From positions 1 to 64,000 of the forward strand of contig JBALDB010000020.1 in assembly GCA_036918135.1 (NCBI GenBank): a stretch of 64,000 bases of DNA, given 5' to 3'. Below, in pieces: positions 29,601 to 39,567 of this stretch; within the stretch, counting starts at the first letter, position 1, and every line of letters begins with the position of its first letter. The position numbers and the translations under genes are program-made. The notes beneath the pieces were generated by a model that was given only the letters and a program-made list of their open reading frames with translations, ran no database searches and was not told the origin of the DNA. The DNA is from Nostoc sp. Its GTDB lineage: Bacteria; Cyanobacteriota; Cyanobacteriia; Cyanobacteriales; Nostocaceae.

Positions 29601-32600
29601 CGCCTATGTGGTAGCACATCAAGACTGTACACCTACAATTAACGAACTGCGGCAATTCCTGAAAGCAAAGTTGCCAGAATACATGGTTCCCAATGCTTTT
29701 GTGATACTAGAGTCCTTGCCTCTAACTCCTAGCGGTAAAGTAGACCGCCGCGCTTTACCTGCACCAGATTTACAAAGCGAAAGACAAGACAAATTTGTTG
29801 CTCCGCGTAACCCAATTGAAGAACTGTTAGCACAAATTTGGGCGCAAGTGCTGAAACTAGAGCAAGTAGGTATTTATGATAACTTCTTTGAACTAGGGGG
29901 ACACTCGCTACTAGCAATGCAACTGGTTTCACGTATCCGCAACATTTTCAAAGTGGAATTACCATTGCGTGAGTTGTTTGCTAATGCAACAGTAGCCGAA
30001 TTGGCGCGATCGCTTGAGCAGTTACAGCAACATGACTTAGAATTGTCAGCACCGCCGATTTTACCAAGAGCCAAGAATACAGACATCCCACTGTCTTATG
30101 CTCAACAGCGTTTGTGGTTTTTAGACCAGTTTGAGCCGAACAGTCCTTCTTACAACATTCCTTTGGCTTTGCGTCTAGTCGGAACTCTGAATCATACAGC
30201 CTTGGAGCAAAGCTTACAAGTAATTATTCATCGCCACGAAGCGTTACGCACAAACTTCATCACAGTTGATGGAAAACCAATTCAGGTTATTAGGGAACAG
30301 GAAATAGTATCAGTTGTTGATTTAACGCATTTACCCGCAACCGAACAAGAAAGTGCTTTACAGCAAATAGCGCAACAACAAGGCATTCAAACTTTTGATT
30401 TGGCCAATGAAGCATTAATCAGGGCAAAATTATTAGTTCTGAATGATACAGAACACATCTTGTTAGTGTGTATGCACCACATTGTCTCTGATGGTTGGTC
30501 GATGGGTGTGTTTCTCCAAGAACTAGCAGCACTGTACAATGGTTATTCTCAAGGTCAAGCCCCATCGTTGACACCACTGCCGATTCAGTACGCAGATTTC
30601 GCTATTTGGCAAAGAGAGTGGTTGCAAGGTGATGTACTGGAAACTCAACTCTCATACTGGCAAGAACAGCTAAAAGATGCACCAGCTTTATTGTCCCTAC
30701 CTACAGACCGAGCAAGACCTGCTGTGCAGACTTTTGTTGGCTCACATCAAGAGTTTGCACTTTCCTTTGAGTTAACTGATAGATTGGTAAAACTGAGCCA
30801 GGAGCAAGGTTGTACCCTCTTTATGACGTTGTTAGTTGCTTATACTACCTTACTTTATCGCTATACAGGACAAGAAGATGTTTTAGTGGGTTCGCCAATT
30901 GCTAACCGCGATCGCCTGGAAGTTGAAGGGTTAATTGGCTTTTTTGTCAATACCCTAGTTATGCGTTCTAACTTGGCAGGTAATCCTACTTTCAGCGAAT
31001 TATTGGCGCGTGTTCGAGAAGTAGCGTTGGGAGCGTATGCTCATCAGGACTTACCTTTTGAAATGCTGGTAGAAGCATTGCAGCCAGAACGGGATCTAGG
31101 TCATACACCACTATTTCAAGTGATGTTTGCACTTCAGAATGCGCCGATGTCTCAACTAGAGTTGAATGGCTTAAGCGTCAGTTCCTTCCTCATAGAAAGT
31201 AAAACAGCCAAGTTTGACTTAAATTTATCCATGCAGAACACCCCTACTGGGTTGGTGGGTGTGTGGGAATACAATACTGATTTGTTTAATGCCAGCACTA
31301 TTGAGCGGATGACTGGGCATTTTGTGACATTGTTAGAAGGCATTATTACTAACCCGCAACAGCAAATCTCACAATTGCCACTGTTGACAGCAGTAGAACA
31401 ACGACAGTTACTTGTTGAATGGAACAACACTCAAGTAGACTATCCCATTGATAAGTGCATCCATCAGTTGTTTGAGGAGCAAGTTCAGCGCACCCCAGAT
31501 GCTGTAGCAGTTGTATTTGAAAATCAACAACTGACTTATCAACAATTAAATTGTCGCGCTAACCAGTTAGCTCATTACTTGCAGTCCTTGGGTGTAAAAC
31601 CAGATGTGTTGGTGGGGTTGTGTGTAGAACGTTCCTTAGAAATGGTGGTGGGACTACTAGGTATTCTCAAGGCGGGTGGTGCATACTTGCCACTCGATCC
31701 GAATTATCCTCAAGAACGCTTGAGCTTTATGCTAGAAGATGCTCAAGTTAGGGTGCTGCTGACACAACAGCCACTTCTGGAAAAGTTGCCTAAGCATCAA
31801 GCAGAGATTGTATGTTTAGATACAGATTGGCAATCTATTTATCAGTCAGGTCAAGATAATGCAATTGCTAATGTGCAAGATAATAACTTGGCTTATGTGA
31901 TTTACACTTCTGGTTCTACAGGTAGACCCAAAGGGGTAATGATTCCACATGGAGCGATCGCCAACCACTGTTGTATTATTCAACAAGCTTACGCACTTGA
32001 AAACAGCGATCGGGTACTCCAGTTTGCCTCAATTAACTTTGATGCTTCATTAGAACAGATATTTCCTACACTTATAGCTGGTGCAACCTTGGTACTCCGA
32101 GGCTCAGATGTATGGACACCGACAAAGTTCCAAAAAATAATTTCTGATTTTGGACTTACTGTTGTCAATCTACCGACAGCCTATTGGCAACAATTAGCTC
32201 AAGAATGGGTCAAAACACAAGTCTTAGATTCCAATAGCCAACTGAGACTTGTGCTTGTTGGTGGAGATGCAATGTTGCCTGAATATGTTGCCACTTGGCA
32301 ACGCAGCCCGATGTCTTGTGTTCGTCTGGTTAACGCTTACGGCCCCACAGAGACGACCATCACTGCCACGCTGTTTGAAATTCCTCCCCAGTGGAGTGAA
32401 GACGGTAATCTGAGAAAAATGCCTATTGGCCGTCCACTACCTAACAGGACTGTGTATATTCTAGATAAGTATTTACAGCCTGTTCCCCTTGGCGTACCAG
32501 GAGAACTGTACATTGGTGGTGCGTGCTTGGCAAAAGGCTATCTCAACCGTCCAGAGTTGACACAGGAAAGATTTATCAGTAACCCCTTTGGTTCTGGTCG

Positions 32601-35600
32601 CCTCTATAAAACTGGGGATTTAGTACGCTATTTACCGGATGGTAATATCGAATACCTTGGTCGCATCGATAACCAAGTGAAGATTCGCGGCTTCCGCATC
32701 GAACTTGGAGAAATCGAGGCAGTCCTCAACACCCACACCCAAATTCAACAAGCTGTAGTTATTGTCAGAGAGGATATTCCAGGTAACAAACGCTTAGTTG
32801 CTTATGTAGTTTCTAGTGATGAATCACTCACCACTAACCAACTACGTCAATTCCTTAAGCAACAGCTACCGGAATATATGGTTCCTAGTGGCTTTATCAC
32901 CTTAGACAACCTACCTTTAACACCCAACGGGAAAATAGACCGCAAAGCACTACCAACACCTGATGGAGAAATTACCCGAGAAAATGAATACGTGGCAGCA
33001 CGTACACCTATAGAAAAAACTTTAACTAATATTTGGCAACAACTTTTACTCAAAGAGAAAATTAGCATCCACGATAACTTTTTTGAAATTGGTGGTGACT
33101 CCATTCTGAGTATTCAAATAGTTTCTCGTGCCAAAAACTCAGGAATACAAATTACTCCCAAACAAATATTCCAAAACCAAACTATCGCTGAACTTGCTAA
33201 AGTTGCTAATACAACAGTAAGTGTTGAATCTAAACAAGGTGTAGTGACAGGAGTTGCACCTCTCGCACCAATTCAACACTGGTTCTTTGAGCAAAAGAAG
33301 TCAGAACCCCACCACTATAACCAATCAGTTTTATTGCAAGTTCCAAATCATCTGCAAAGTGAATTAATTGCAATAGCCGTGAAAAAATTACTAGAGCATC
33401 ATGATGCTTTGCGTTTAAGATTTACATCTGTTGCCGATGAATACAAACAAATAAATCAAGGGTTAGATGATAGCGTACCATTTGCCGTAGTTGACTTATC
33501 ATCAACACCCAAACACGAACAACCACAAGCCCTAGAAAAAATCGCTACCGAATATCAAGCAAGTTTAAACTTGTCAACAGGGCCAATAATGCAAGTGGTA
33601 ATGTTTAACTTAGATGATGATAGTGATGCCAGGTTACTACTTATTATTCATCACCTAGTAGTAGATGGTGTAAGTTGGCGAATTTTATTACCAGACCTAG
33701 AAAGTATTTATCAACAATTAATTACTAAAAAACCGATTGAACTAAGTGCTAAAACAACAGCATTTATTGATTTGGCAGAGAAATTAAACAATTATGCCCA
33801 ATCGGAAATTATCAAAGTGGAGTTAAACTATTGGCTAAACCAACCTTGGGCTAAGATAACACCACTACCATCAGATTGTGCTGACATTCAACAAGAGAAT
33901 ACAGTCAGTAATACTGCTTCTGTGTCAGTGAAATTAAGCCAAGCAGAAACTCAAACTCTCCTGCTGTCAGTCAACGAAGCTTACAACACACAAATTAACG
34001 ATATATTACTAAGTGCATTAGTAGTTTCAATAGCAGATTGGACGAAAAATTCAACGGTACTAATTGACTTAGAGGGACATGGCAGAGAAGAACTATTTGC
34101 CGATGTAGACTTATCTCGGACGGTAGGTTGGTTTACTAGTTTATTTCCGGTATTATTGCAACTACCTTCTATCAATCAACCAGGAGAAATCGTCAAATCA
34201 ATCAAAGAACAATTACGAGCAATTCCTAATCGTGGGATTGGCTACGGTATATTGCGTTACTTGTGCAAAGATAGGACTGTTAAGGAAAAAATACAGACTA
34301 TTCCTGCTTCCAAAATTAGCTTTAATTACCTGGGACAATTTGACCAAGTACAATCAGAAACTGGTTGGAAATTTGCGCCTGAATCTGCTGGAGATATCCA
34401 CAGCTTAAAGCAAACTCGTAACCATCTATTGGATATTAATGCTCTGGTAGTAGCAGGTGAATTACAAATTGATTGGACTTACAATAGTCATATACATACT
34501 CGTGCCACAGTAGAGAAATTAGCACAGAACTTTATTCAGGCGATCGCCTCAATCATAGAACATTGTCAGTTAGCAGAAAATAGAGGATATACGCCGAGCG
34601 ATTTTCCTGAAGCACAGTTGAATCAATTACAACTGGATGCATTATTAACTCAGTTCTCAACTAAAAATATTGAATCAATTTATCCACTGTCTCCTTCACA
34701 ACAGGGAATGCTCTTTGAAACTCTAGCTGCTTCTGAGTCAGGGATACATCTTGAGCAGTGCATTTTAAACTTGCAAATTGCACAATTTGACTCCTTAGCC
34801 TTTAAAAAAGCTTGGCAGCGTGTGGTAGAGCGCCACTCGGTTCTCAGAACAGCCTTTATTTGGGAAAATCAAGATCAGCCACTGCAAGTTGTACTTAAGG
34901 AAGTAGAGATTTCATTAGAGCAGCAAGATTGGCGTGGAATTTCTCTGTCCCAGCAGCAAGAAAAATTCGCAACCTATCTGAGTGCAGACCGACTACGTGG
35001 TTTTGACATGACTCAACCATTATTGATGCGTTTTGCACTTTTCCAAGTAGACACGAATTCCTATCAATTCATCTGGACTTCTCATCACATTCTTACAGAT
35101 GGCTGGTGTGTGCCTCTCATCTTCAAAGAGGTTTTCGCATTCTACGAAGCATTTAGCAAAGGTCAAGATTTATTACTGGAACCCAGTCATCCCTACAGAA
35201 ATTATATCGCCTGGCTCAAACAGCAGGATTTGTTGCAAGCTGAGGCATTCTGGCGGGGCAAACTTCAAGGGTTCAAAAGCCCAACCCCATTAGGAATAGA
35301 AGCTGAACCTATTGATTTTGAGGAGCAAGAACGCTACGGCGAACAAACAACCAGCTTACCAGCTTCAGCAACAGCAGCTTTACAGTCTTTGGTACGACAA
35401 CATCACTTGAGCTTAAATACTTTGGTTCAAGGTATTTGGGGTTTGCTGTTGAGTCGCTATAGCGGTCTTAAAGATGTAGTATTCGGTGCGACATTCTCTG
35501 GTCGTCCGCCGGAATTGGTAGGGTCTGAATCCATGTTAGGTCTTTTCATTAACACCCTACCGATGCGGCTTTTGGTTTCTCCCCAAGCATTATTTTGGTC

Positions 35601-37089
35601 TTGGCTAAGAGATATTCAGGATCGAGGCTTTACCCAACGCGATTATGAATACTGCTCTCAAGGACAAATTCACGAATGGAGTGAAGTTCCTGGCTCATTA
35701 CCCCTTTACGAGAGTCTTCTAGTTTTTCAAAATTATCCAGTTGATTCATCAGTACAACGGTCTGCGAACCATGAGATAAATCAAACTCAGGTTAGTTCTA
35801 TCGGCGCACAAACAAAATATGCTCTTACTATTTTGGTTAGCCCAACATCACAGCTAGATTTTCGCATTATTTACAAGCGATCGCGTTATGACAATTCGGC
35901 GATAACTCTAATTCTGGAACATTTTCTGGCTTTATTGAACAGTATTGTTGACCTTCCAGAGCAGTCTTTGGAAACACTGATAGAAAAAATTGCGGCAGAT
36001 CGAATTCCGCAAGTTAGACCGCCCCAGAAACTTGTTCAAAAGGAATTTGCCGCACCACGAAGTCTTCGAGAATTTCAACTCGTTCAAATTTGGGAAGAGA
36101 TTCTCAACATTCATCCTGTCAGCATCCGAGATAACTTCTTTGAACTTGGTGGTCATTCGCTGATAGCTGTTCGACTCATGACCCAGATTCAAAAATATTT
36201 CCAGATAAATTTACCTTTAGCTATTTTGTTCCAAAATCCCACCATTGAACAATTAGCGCATTTTCTCGATTCCTCAAAAGATTCTTTACCTTGGTCTGCC
36301 CTAGTTCCTATCAAAACTAATGGCAATCAACCACCTATGTTCTGTGTTCATCCTGGTGGAGGAAATATTATTTGCTATCACCATCTTGCTGATTGTTTGA
36401 GTTCAGAGCGTCCATTCTATGGACTACAATCAGTTGCTTTAAATCCCAAAAATCAGCCACATACTAGCATTGAACAAATGGCAACTCACTATATCCAAGA
36501 GTTACAAAAGGTTCAACCTCATGGCCCTTATTTTTTCTCTGGTTGGTCTTTTGGTGGCTTAGTAGCTTTTGAGATGGCTCAACAACTTTCCCTGCAAGGT
36601 GAAGAAATAGCTCTATTGGCGCTACTAGATACTACTCCTCCTTCTCTAAGTTATACAGGAGAAGTAGACTATGCTTTTCTATTAGTAGAGTTATTCAAAG
36701 AACATTTAGACCTTTATTTAGAAGAACTGCGGCAATTTGAACTAGAAGAACAGATAAATTATGTCGCGGAACGAGCTAAACAGAAAAATATCATTCTAGA
36801 AGGTTTTGACTTCGAGCAAGCACCTCTAATTCTGAAAATTTCCCAGATTAACGCTCAAGCTATACAAAATTACAAAGCTCAATATTACTCAGGCTCAATG
36901 GTTCTATTTAAAGCCAATGAAACTGATGCTGACTTTGAATTTGGCTGGGGTGAACTTGTAGAACATATAGAAACTGTTGTAGTGCCTGGTAATCATTTAA
37001 GTACGATAAAACCCCCTCATATCCAGATCCTAGTTCAAAAACTCGAAAAATTTCTCACAAAAGCAACAGACTTAATAAACATCCATTAA
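26641..37089 (+). CDS. Terminal NRPS: docking-C-A(Pro)-T-C-A(basic residue?)-T-E-C-T-TE
   Basis: Codes DVQFIAHVVK (Pro) and DAENLGAITK (Arg/Lys/Orn-like, uncertain). T(GGDSI) is followed by an E domain (HHLVVDGVSW, EGHGRE, RTVGWFT). Then C (HHILTDGW) leads directly to T (GGHSL) and TE (GWSFGG). Confidence 0.92.
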   Translation: MNLKQFIVELSHQDVELWVEGDACGGQSLRLCIDAPEGVLTAETRNLLAQNKAELILLLKEKNADTDTDLPLIKTERPQNIPLSFAQEQLWLLNQLEPDNPFYNEQVSLKLHGRLNIVALEQSFNKIISRHEVLRTNFWLINEQPVQVIADSLDLRMTVVDLINLPESEREIACQKLAAKQANQPFDLANSPLIRAYVVKITEVEHVFILTIHHIVFDGWSMGVIMRELATIYSDICNNNLSPELPDLPIQYADFAIWQRQCLQAEVLQTQLDYWKQQLKNAPTLLELPTDKPRPAIQTFQGATQYIEFSSQLSQKLANLSRQEGVTLYMTLLAAYVTLLYRYTGSDDIVVGTPLAKRDRLEIEGLIGFFVNTLVLRTDLSGNPSFQELLKRVRQVTLEAYAHPDLPFEELVKALQPQRDLSHTPLFQVMFILESAPTSEVEMSGLTVSSFAAERTIAKFDLTLFIKNTANGLVAAWQYNTDLFDSPTIERMAGHFVTLLEGVIANPQQPIYQLPLLTEAEQRKLLVEWNDTQTEYPINKSIPQLFEEQCLNTPDAVAVEFGNQRLTYNELNCCANHLAHYLKSLGVKADVLVGLCVERSLEMVVGLLSILKAGGAYVPLDPNYPQERLAFMLEDAQVPVLLTHQPLVDKLPQHQAQLVCLDTDWQLISQSSQDNIISGVQADNLGYVIYTSGSTGKPKGVAMNQLPLCNLILWQLQNTTVSHGAKTLQFAPISFDVSFQEMFSTWCSGGTLLLITEELRRDALALLGFLEEKAVERLFLPFVALQQLAEVAVGSELVVSHLREIITAGEQLQITPAISQWLGKLDDCILHNHYGPSESHVVTNFTLADSVENWSLLPPIGKPIANTQIHILDKYLQPVPIGVPGELYIGGVSLARGYLNRLELTQEKFIFNPFDKSGGSRLYKTGDLVCYLQDGNIEYLGRIDNQVKMRGFRIELGEVEAALNQHSDVQAVCVIPREDTPGDKRLVAYVVAHQDCTPTINELRQFLKAKLPEYMVPNAFVILESLPLTPSGKVDRRALPAPDLQSERQDKFVAPRNPIEELLAQIWAQVLKLEQVGIYDNFFELGGHSLLAMQLVSRIRNIFKVELPLRELFANATVAELARSLEQLQQHDLELSAPPILPRAKNTDIPLSYAQQRLWFLDQFEPNSPSYNIPLALRLVGTLNHTALEQSLQVIIHRHEALRTNFITVDGKPIQVIREQEIVSVVDLTHLPATEQESALQQIAQQQGIQTFDLANEALIRAKLLVLNDTEHILLVCMHHIVSDGWSMGVFLQELAALYNGYSQGQAPSLTPLPIQYADFAIWQREWLQGDVLETQLSYWQEQLKDAPALLSLPTDRARPAVQTFVGSHQEFALSFELTDRLVKLSQEQGCTLFMTLLVAYTTLLYRYTGQEDVLVGSPIANRDRLEVEGLIGFFVNTLVMRSNLAGNPTFSELLARVREVALGAYAHQDLPFEMLVEALQPERDLGHTPLFQVMFALQNAPMSQLELNGLSVSSFLIESKTAKFDLNLSMQNTPTGLVGVWEYNTDLFNASTIERMTGHFVTLLEGIITNPQQQISQLPLLTAVEQRQLLVEWNNTQVDYPIDKCIHQLFEEQVQRTPDAVAVVFENQQLTYQQLNCRANQLAHYLQSLGVKPDVLVGLCVERSLEMVVGLLGILKAGGAYLPLDPNYPQERLSFMLEDAQVRVLLTQQPLLEKLPKHQAEIVCLDTDWQSIYQSGQDNAIANVQDNNLAYVIYTSGSTGRPKGVMIPHGAIANHCCIIQQAYALENSDRVLQFASINFDASLEQIFPTLIAGATLVLRGSDVWTPTKFQKIISDFGLTVVNLPTAYWQQLAQEWVKTQVLDSNSQLRLVLVGGDAMLPEYVATWQRSPMSCVRLVNAYGPTETTITATLFEIPPQWSEDGNLRKMPIGRPLPNRTVYILDKYLQPVPLGVPGELYIGGACLAKGYLNRPELTQERFISNPFGSGRLYKTGDLVRYLPDGNIEYLGRIDNQVKIRGFRIELGEIEAVLNTHTQIQQAVVIVREDIPGNKRLVAYVVSSDESLTTNQLRQFLKQQLPEYMVPSGFITLDNLPLTPNGKIDRKALPTPDGEITRENEYVAARTPIEKTLTNIWQQLLLKEKISIHDNFFEIGGDSILSIQIVSRAKNSGIQITPKQIFQNQTIAELAKVANTTVSVESKQGVVTGVAPLAPIQHWFFEQKKSEPHHYNQSVLLQVPNHLQSELIAIAVKKLLEHHDALRLRFTSVADEYKQINQGLDDSVPFAVVDLSSTPKHEQPQALEKIATEYQASLNLSTGPIMQVVMFNLDDDSDARLLLIIHHLVVDGVSWRILLPDLESIYQQLITKKPIELSAKTTAFIDLAEKLNNYAQSEIIKVELNYWLNQPWAKITPLPSDCADIQQENTVSNTASVSVKLSQAETQTLLLSVNEAYNTQINDILLSALVVSIADWTKNSTVLIDLEGHGREELFADVDLSRTVGWFTSLFPVLLQLPSINQPGEIVKSIKEQLRAIPNRGIGYGILRYLCKDRTVKEKIQTIPASKISFNYLGQFDQVQSETGWKFAPESAGDIHSLKQTRNHLLDINALVVAGELQIDWTYNSHIHTRATVEKLAQNFIQAIASIIEHCQLAENRGYTPSDFPEAQLNQLQLDALLTQFSTKNIESIYPLSPSQQGMLFETLAASESGIHLEQCILNLQIAQFDSLAFKKAWQRVVERHSVLRTAFIWENQDQPLQVVLKEVEISLEQQDWRGISLSQQQEKFATYLSADRLRGFDMTQPLLMRFALFQVDTNSYQFIWTSHHILTDGWCVPLIFKEVFAFYEAFSKGQDLLLEPSHPYRNYIAWLKQQDLLQAEAFWRGKLQGFKSPTPLGIEAEPIDFEEQERYGEQTTSLPASATAALQSLVRQHHLSLNTLVQGIWGLLLSRYSGLKDVVFGATFSGRPPELVGSESMLGLFINTLPMRLLVSPQALFWSWLRDIQDRGFTQRDYEYCSQGQIHEWSEVPGSLPLYESLLVFQNYPVDSSVQRSANHEINQTQVSSIGAQTKYALTILVSPTSQLDFRIIYKRSRYDNSAITLILEHFLALLNSIVDLPEQSLETLIEKIAADRIPQVRPPQKLVQKEFAAPRSLREFQLVQIWEEILNIHPVSIRDNFFELGGHSLIAVRLMTQIQKYFQINLPLAILFQNPTIEQLAHFLDSSKDSLPWSALVPIKTNGNQPPMFCVHPGGGNIICYHHLADCLSSERPFYGLQSVALNPKNQPHTSIEQMATHYIQELQKVQPHGPYFFSGWSFGGLVAFEMAQQLSLQGEEIALLALLDTTPPSLSYTGEVDYAFLLVELFKEHLDLYLEELRQFELEEQINYVAERAKQKNIILEGFDFEQAPLILKISQINAQAIQNYKAQYYSGSMVLFKANETDADFEFGWGELVEHIETVVVPGNHLSTIKPPHIQILVQKLEKFLTKATDLINIH
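26702..26730 (+). repeat. 21-nt SDR5-like insertion in a HIP1-like site, in frame
   Basis: GTGAT-[GCCTGCGGCGGGCAAAGCCTA]-CGC. A related copy, GCGAT-[GCCTACAGTGGGCTACGCCTA]-CAC, lies at 63892-63920. Confidence 0.75.
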
Positions 37090-37160
37090 AAAATTATGTA
37101 TCAACGCGCGGCGTTCTACGTTGTAAAATAAGCACCCTGAAATAGAAATCAAATTTCAAT

Positions 37161-39152
37161 ATGCCAACCCAAGTTGTTCAAGCTAAACCCTCAACAAATG
37201 CTATTTCAGAATTTTTTCAATTTTGGCGAGATATAAGAGCGATCGCAGGCCCTTACTGGTATCCAACCGAGCCAGGAGAAAGAGCTTTTTCAGACGTTAT
37301 TCGCGCCTGGGTAATGCTTATTCTCCTAATATTGCTAATACTCGCTCTTGTAGCTGCAACTACTTATAATACTTTTATCCATCGCTATTTAATTGATTTC
37401 ATAATTCAAGAAAAAGATTATTCTAAATTTACTTATACTATATTACTTTACGCTGTTGGACTTGTCTTAATAACGCTTTTAGTAGGATTTACTAAATTTG
37501 TTAGAAAACAAATTTCTCTTGATTGGTATCAATGGCTTGACGATCATCTTTTAAATAAATATTTGAACAATCGTGCTTATTATAAAATCAATTTTAAAGC
37601 TGATATTGATAACCCAGATCAACGTTTATCTCAAGAAATTGAACCGATTACTAGTAGTGCGCTCAGTTTTTCAACTACTTTCTTAGAAAAAGTGCTGGAA
37701 ATGGTAACTTTTTTAATAGTTGTCTGGTCAATTTCCCAACAAATAGCTGTTGCTTTAATTGCCTATACAATTATAGGCAACTTTATTGCTATTTACTTAA
37801 ATCAAGAATTGATTAAAATTAATCAGGCAGAACTTGAATCTAAAGCTGATTATAGTTATTCTCTAACTCATGTTCGCAATCACGCTGAGTCAATAGCTTT
37901 TTTTCAAGGAGAAAAACAAGAACTGAATATAATTCAACGCAGATTTAGTATCCTTATAAAAAATATTAAATCAAAGATTAATTGGGAGAGAAATCAAGCA
38001 ATTTTTAACAGAGGATATCGGGGTACTGTCGAATTTCTCACACTATTAGTACTTGCACCTTTATTTATTAGAGGTGAAATTGATTTTGGACAAATTGGAC
38101 AAGCTACTACAGCTTGCTATATGTTTGCTGGTGCTTTGGAAGAATTAATAGCTGAATTTGGTGTTTCTGGGCGATTTTCTAGTTATGTTGAGCGTTTATC
38201 TGATTTTTCAGATGCGTTAGAAGCAGTGGCAAAACAACCCGAAAACGTCAGTACTATTAAAACAATAGAAGAAAATTATTTTGCTTTTGAGAACGTCACT
38301 TTACAAACACCAAATTATGAACAGGTAATCGTTGAACACTTGTCACTTGCTGTTCAACCAGGAGAAGGTTTATTAATTGTAGGGCCAAGTGGTCGAGGAA
38401 AGAGTTCTCTGTTGAGGGCGATCGCAGGTTTGTGGAATGCAGGAACTGGTCGTTTGGTGCGACCTCCCCTGAAAGAAGTCTTATTTTTACCCCAACGTCC
38501 TTATATAATTCTAGGAACTTTGCGCGAACAGTTACTTTATCCTAAAACTAATCGTCAAATGACCGACGCAGAACTCAAAGAAGTTTTGCAACAAGTTAAC
38601 CTGCAAAACTTGCTAAGTCGAGTTGAAGGCTTTGATACTGAAGTTCCTTGGGAAAGTATATTATCGCTTGGAGAACAACAACGCCTAGCATTCGCACGCC
38701 TGTTAGTGACTAATCCAAGGTTCACTATATTAGATGAAGCAACAAGTGCCTTGGATTTGACGAATGAAGGAAATTTATATCAACAATTACAAGAGACGAA
38801 AACAACGTTTATTAGTGTTGGACATCGGGAAAGTTTATTTAATTATCATCAATGGGTTCTGGAACTTTCACAAGATTCTAGTTGGCAACTTGTGACTGTG
38901 CAGGAATATCGAAATCAAAAAATAATAAATATTCAAAGCACGCCTAATAATGAGTCGCAAAGTCAATCACAAATATTGACGCAAACAGCTATAAATGAAG
39001 GACTCTCTCATAAAGAAATCAGCGAATTAACTAATTATTCTATTAGCACTATTAGAAGTAAGGCAAGCAAAGGAGATGCTGTCACTACTAGGGAGGGCTT
39101 GACGTACCGCTATGACAAGAACCCAAGTGTGTTGAAATGGCTGAGAGTTTAG
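37161..39152 (+). CDS. ABC exporter (fused permease/ATPase, McyH/NosG/MdnE-like) with a C-terminal HTH-like tail
   Basis: N-terminal hydrophobic helices, DNPDQRLSQEI, Walker A GPSGRGKS, signature LSLGEQQR, Walker B ILDEATSALD, SVGHR. Confidence 0.9.
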   Translation: MPTQVVQAKPSTNAISEFFQFWRDIRAIAGPYWYPTEPGERAFSDVIRAWVMLILLILLILALVAATTYNTFIHRYLIDFIIQEKDYSKFTYTILLYAVGLVLITLLVGFTKFVRKQISLDWYQWLDDHLLNKYLNNRAYYKINFKADIDNPDQRLSQEIEPITSSALSFSTTFLEKVLEMVTFLIVVWSISQQIAVALIAYTIIGNFIAIYLNQELIKINQAELESKADYSYSLTHVRNHAESIAFFQGEKQELNIIQRRFSILIKNIKSKINWERNQAIFNRGYRGTVEFLTLLVLAPLFIRGEIDFGQIGQATTACYMFAGALEELIAEFGVSGRFSSYVERLSDFSDALEAVAKQPENVSTIKTIEENYFAFENVTLQTPNYEQVIVEHLSLAVQPGEGLLIVGPSGRGKSSLLRAIAGLWNAGTGRLVRPPLKEVLFLPQRPYIILGTLREQLLYPKTNRQMTDAELKEVLQQVNLQNLLSRVEGFDTEVPWESILSLGEQQRLAFARLLVTNPRFTILDEATSALDLTNEGNLYQQLQETKTTFISVGHRESLFNYHQWVLELSQDSSWQLVTVQEYRNQKIINIQSTPNNESQSQSQILTQTAINEGLSHKEISELTNYSISTIRSKASKGDAVTTREGLTYRYDKNPSVLKWLRV

Positions 39153-39290
39153 CGGTTAGACAATAAACACAGGCTTCTCAACAAAAAGCTTCTTTTGAAA
39201 GCTACCAGCTGCAATCTGTTCAGTCTGCTGAATTATCGCCTGTGAAAGAATAGTTTTCTATTTTAATTTGTAAAAATCGAGCTTGCTTAC

Positions 39291-39319
39291 ATCCCCGACT
39301 TTTTTAAAAAGTCGGGGAT
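39291..39319. repeat. Near-perfect palindrome (possible terminator or dispersed repeat)
   Basis: ATCCCCGACTTTTT-T-AAAAAGTCGGGGAT, downstream of the ABC exporter gene. Confidence 0.6.
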
Positions 39320-39423
39320 CTTGTTGTTCATGAATGAATGATTTATAACTGATATGTGTAGGAATCTAGTTTATTAAACATAATTATGTATGAAATAAAT
39401 TAACAGTAAAGAAACAGGTAAGA

Positions 39424-39481
39424 GTAGGAGAGGGTTTCAAAATATTAATACTAATGATAATCTCAGTGAACCCGCCTCTAC
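39424..39481. repeat. Small imperfect inverted-repeat element
   Basis: GTAGGAGAGGGTTTCA ... TGAACCCGCCTCTAC. Confidence 0.4.
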
Positions 39482-39567
39482 TTGTTCAATAATTAAATAA
39501 AATTGCTATATTTTGAGATTGGTTACTTAATATCAAGAGTTATTAAATAATATTTTCTTGAGTATCC

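Noticed and set aside
2303..37089. Assignment to aeruginosin/spumigin, nostopeptolide, microginin or puwainaphycin clusters
   Set aside because: The module order and predicted substrates do not fit, and there are no Choi, methylproline or fatty-acyl loading genes. No gene symbols were assigned.
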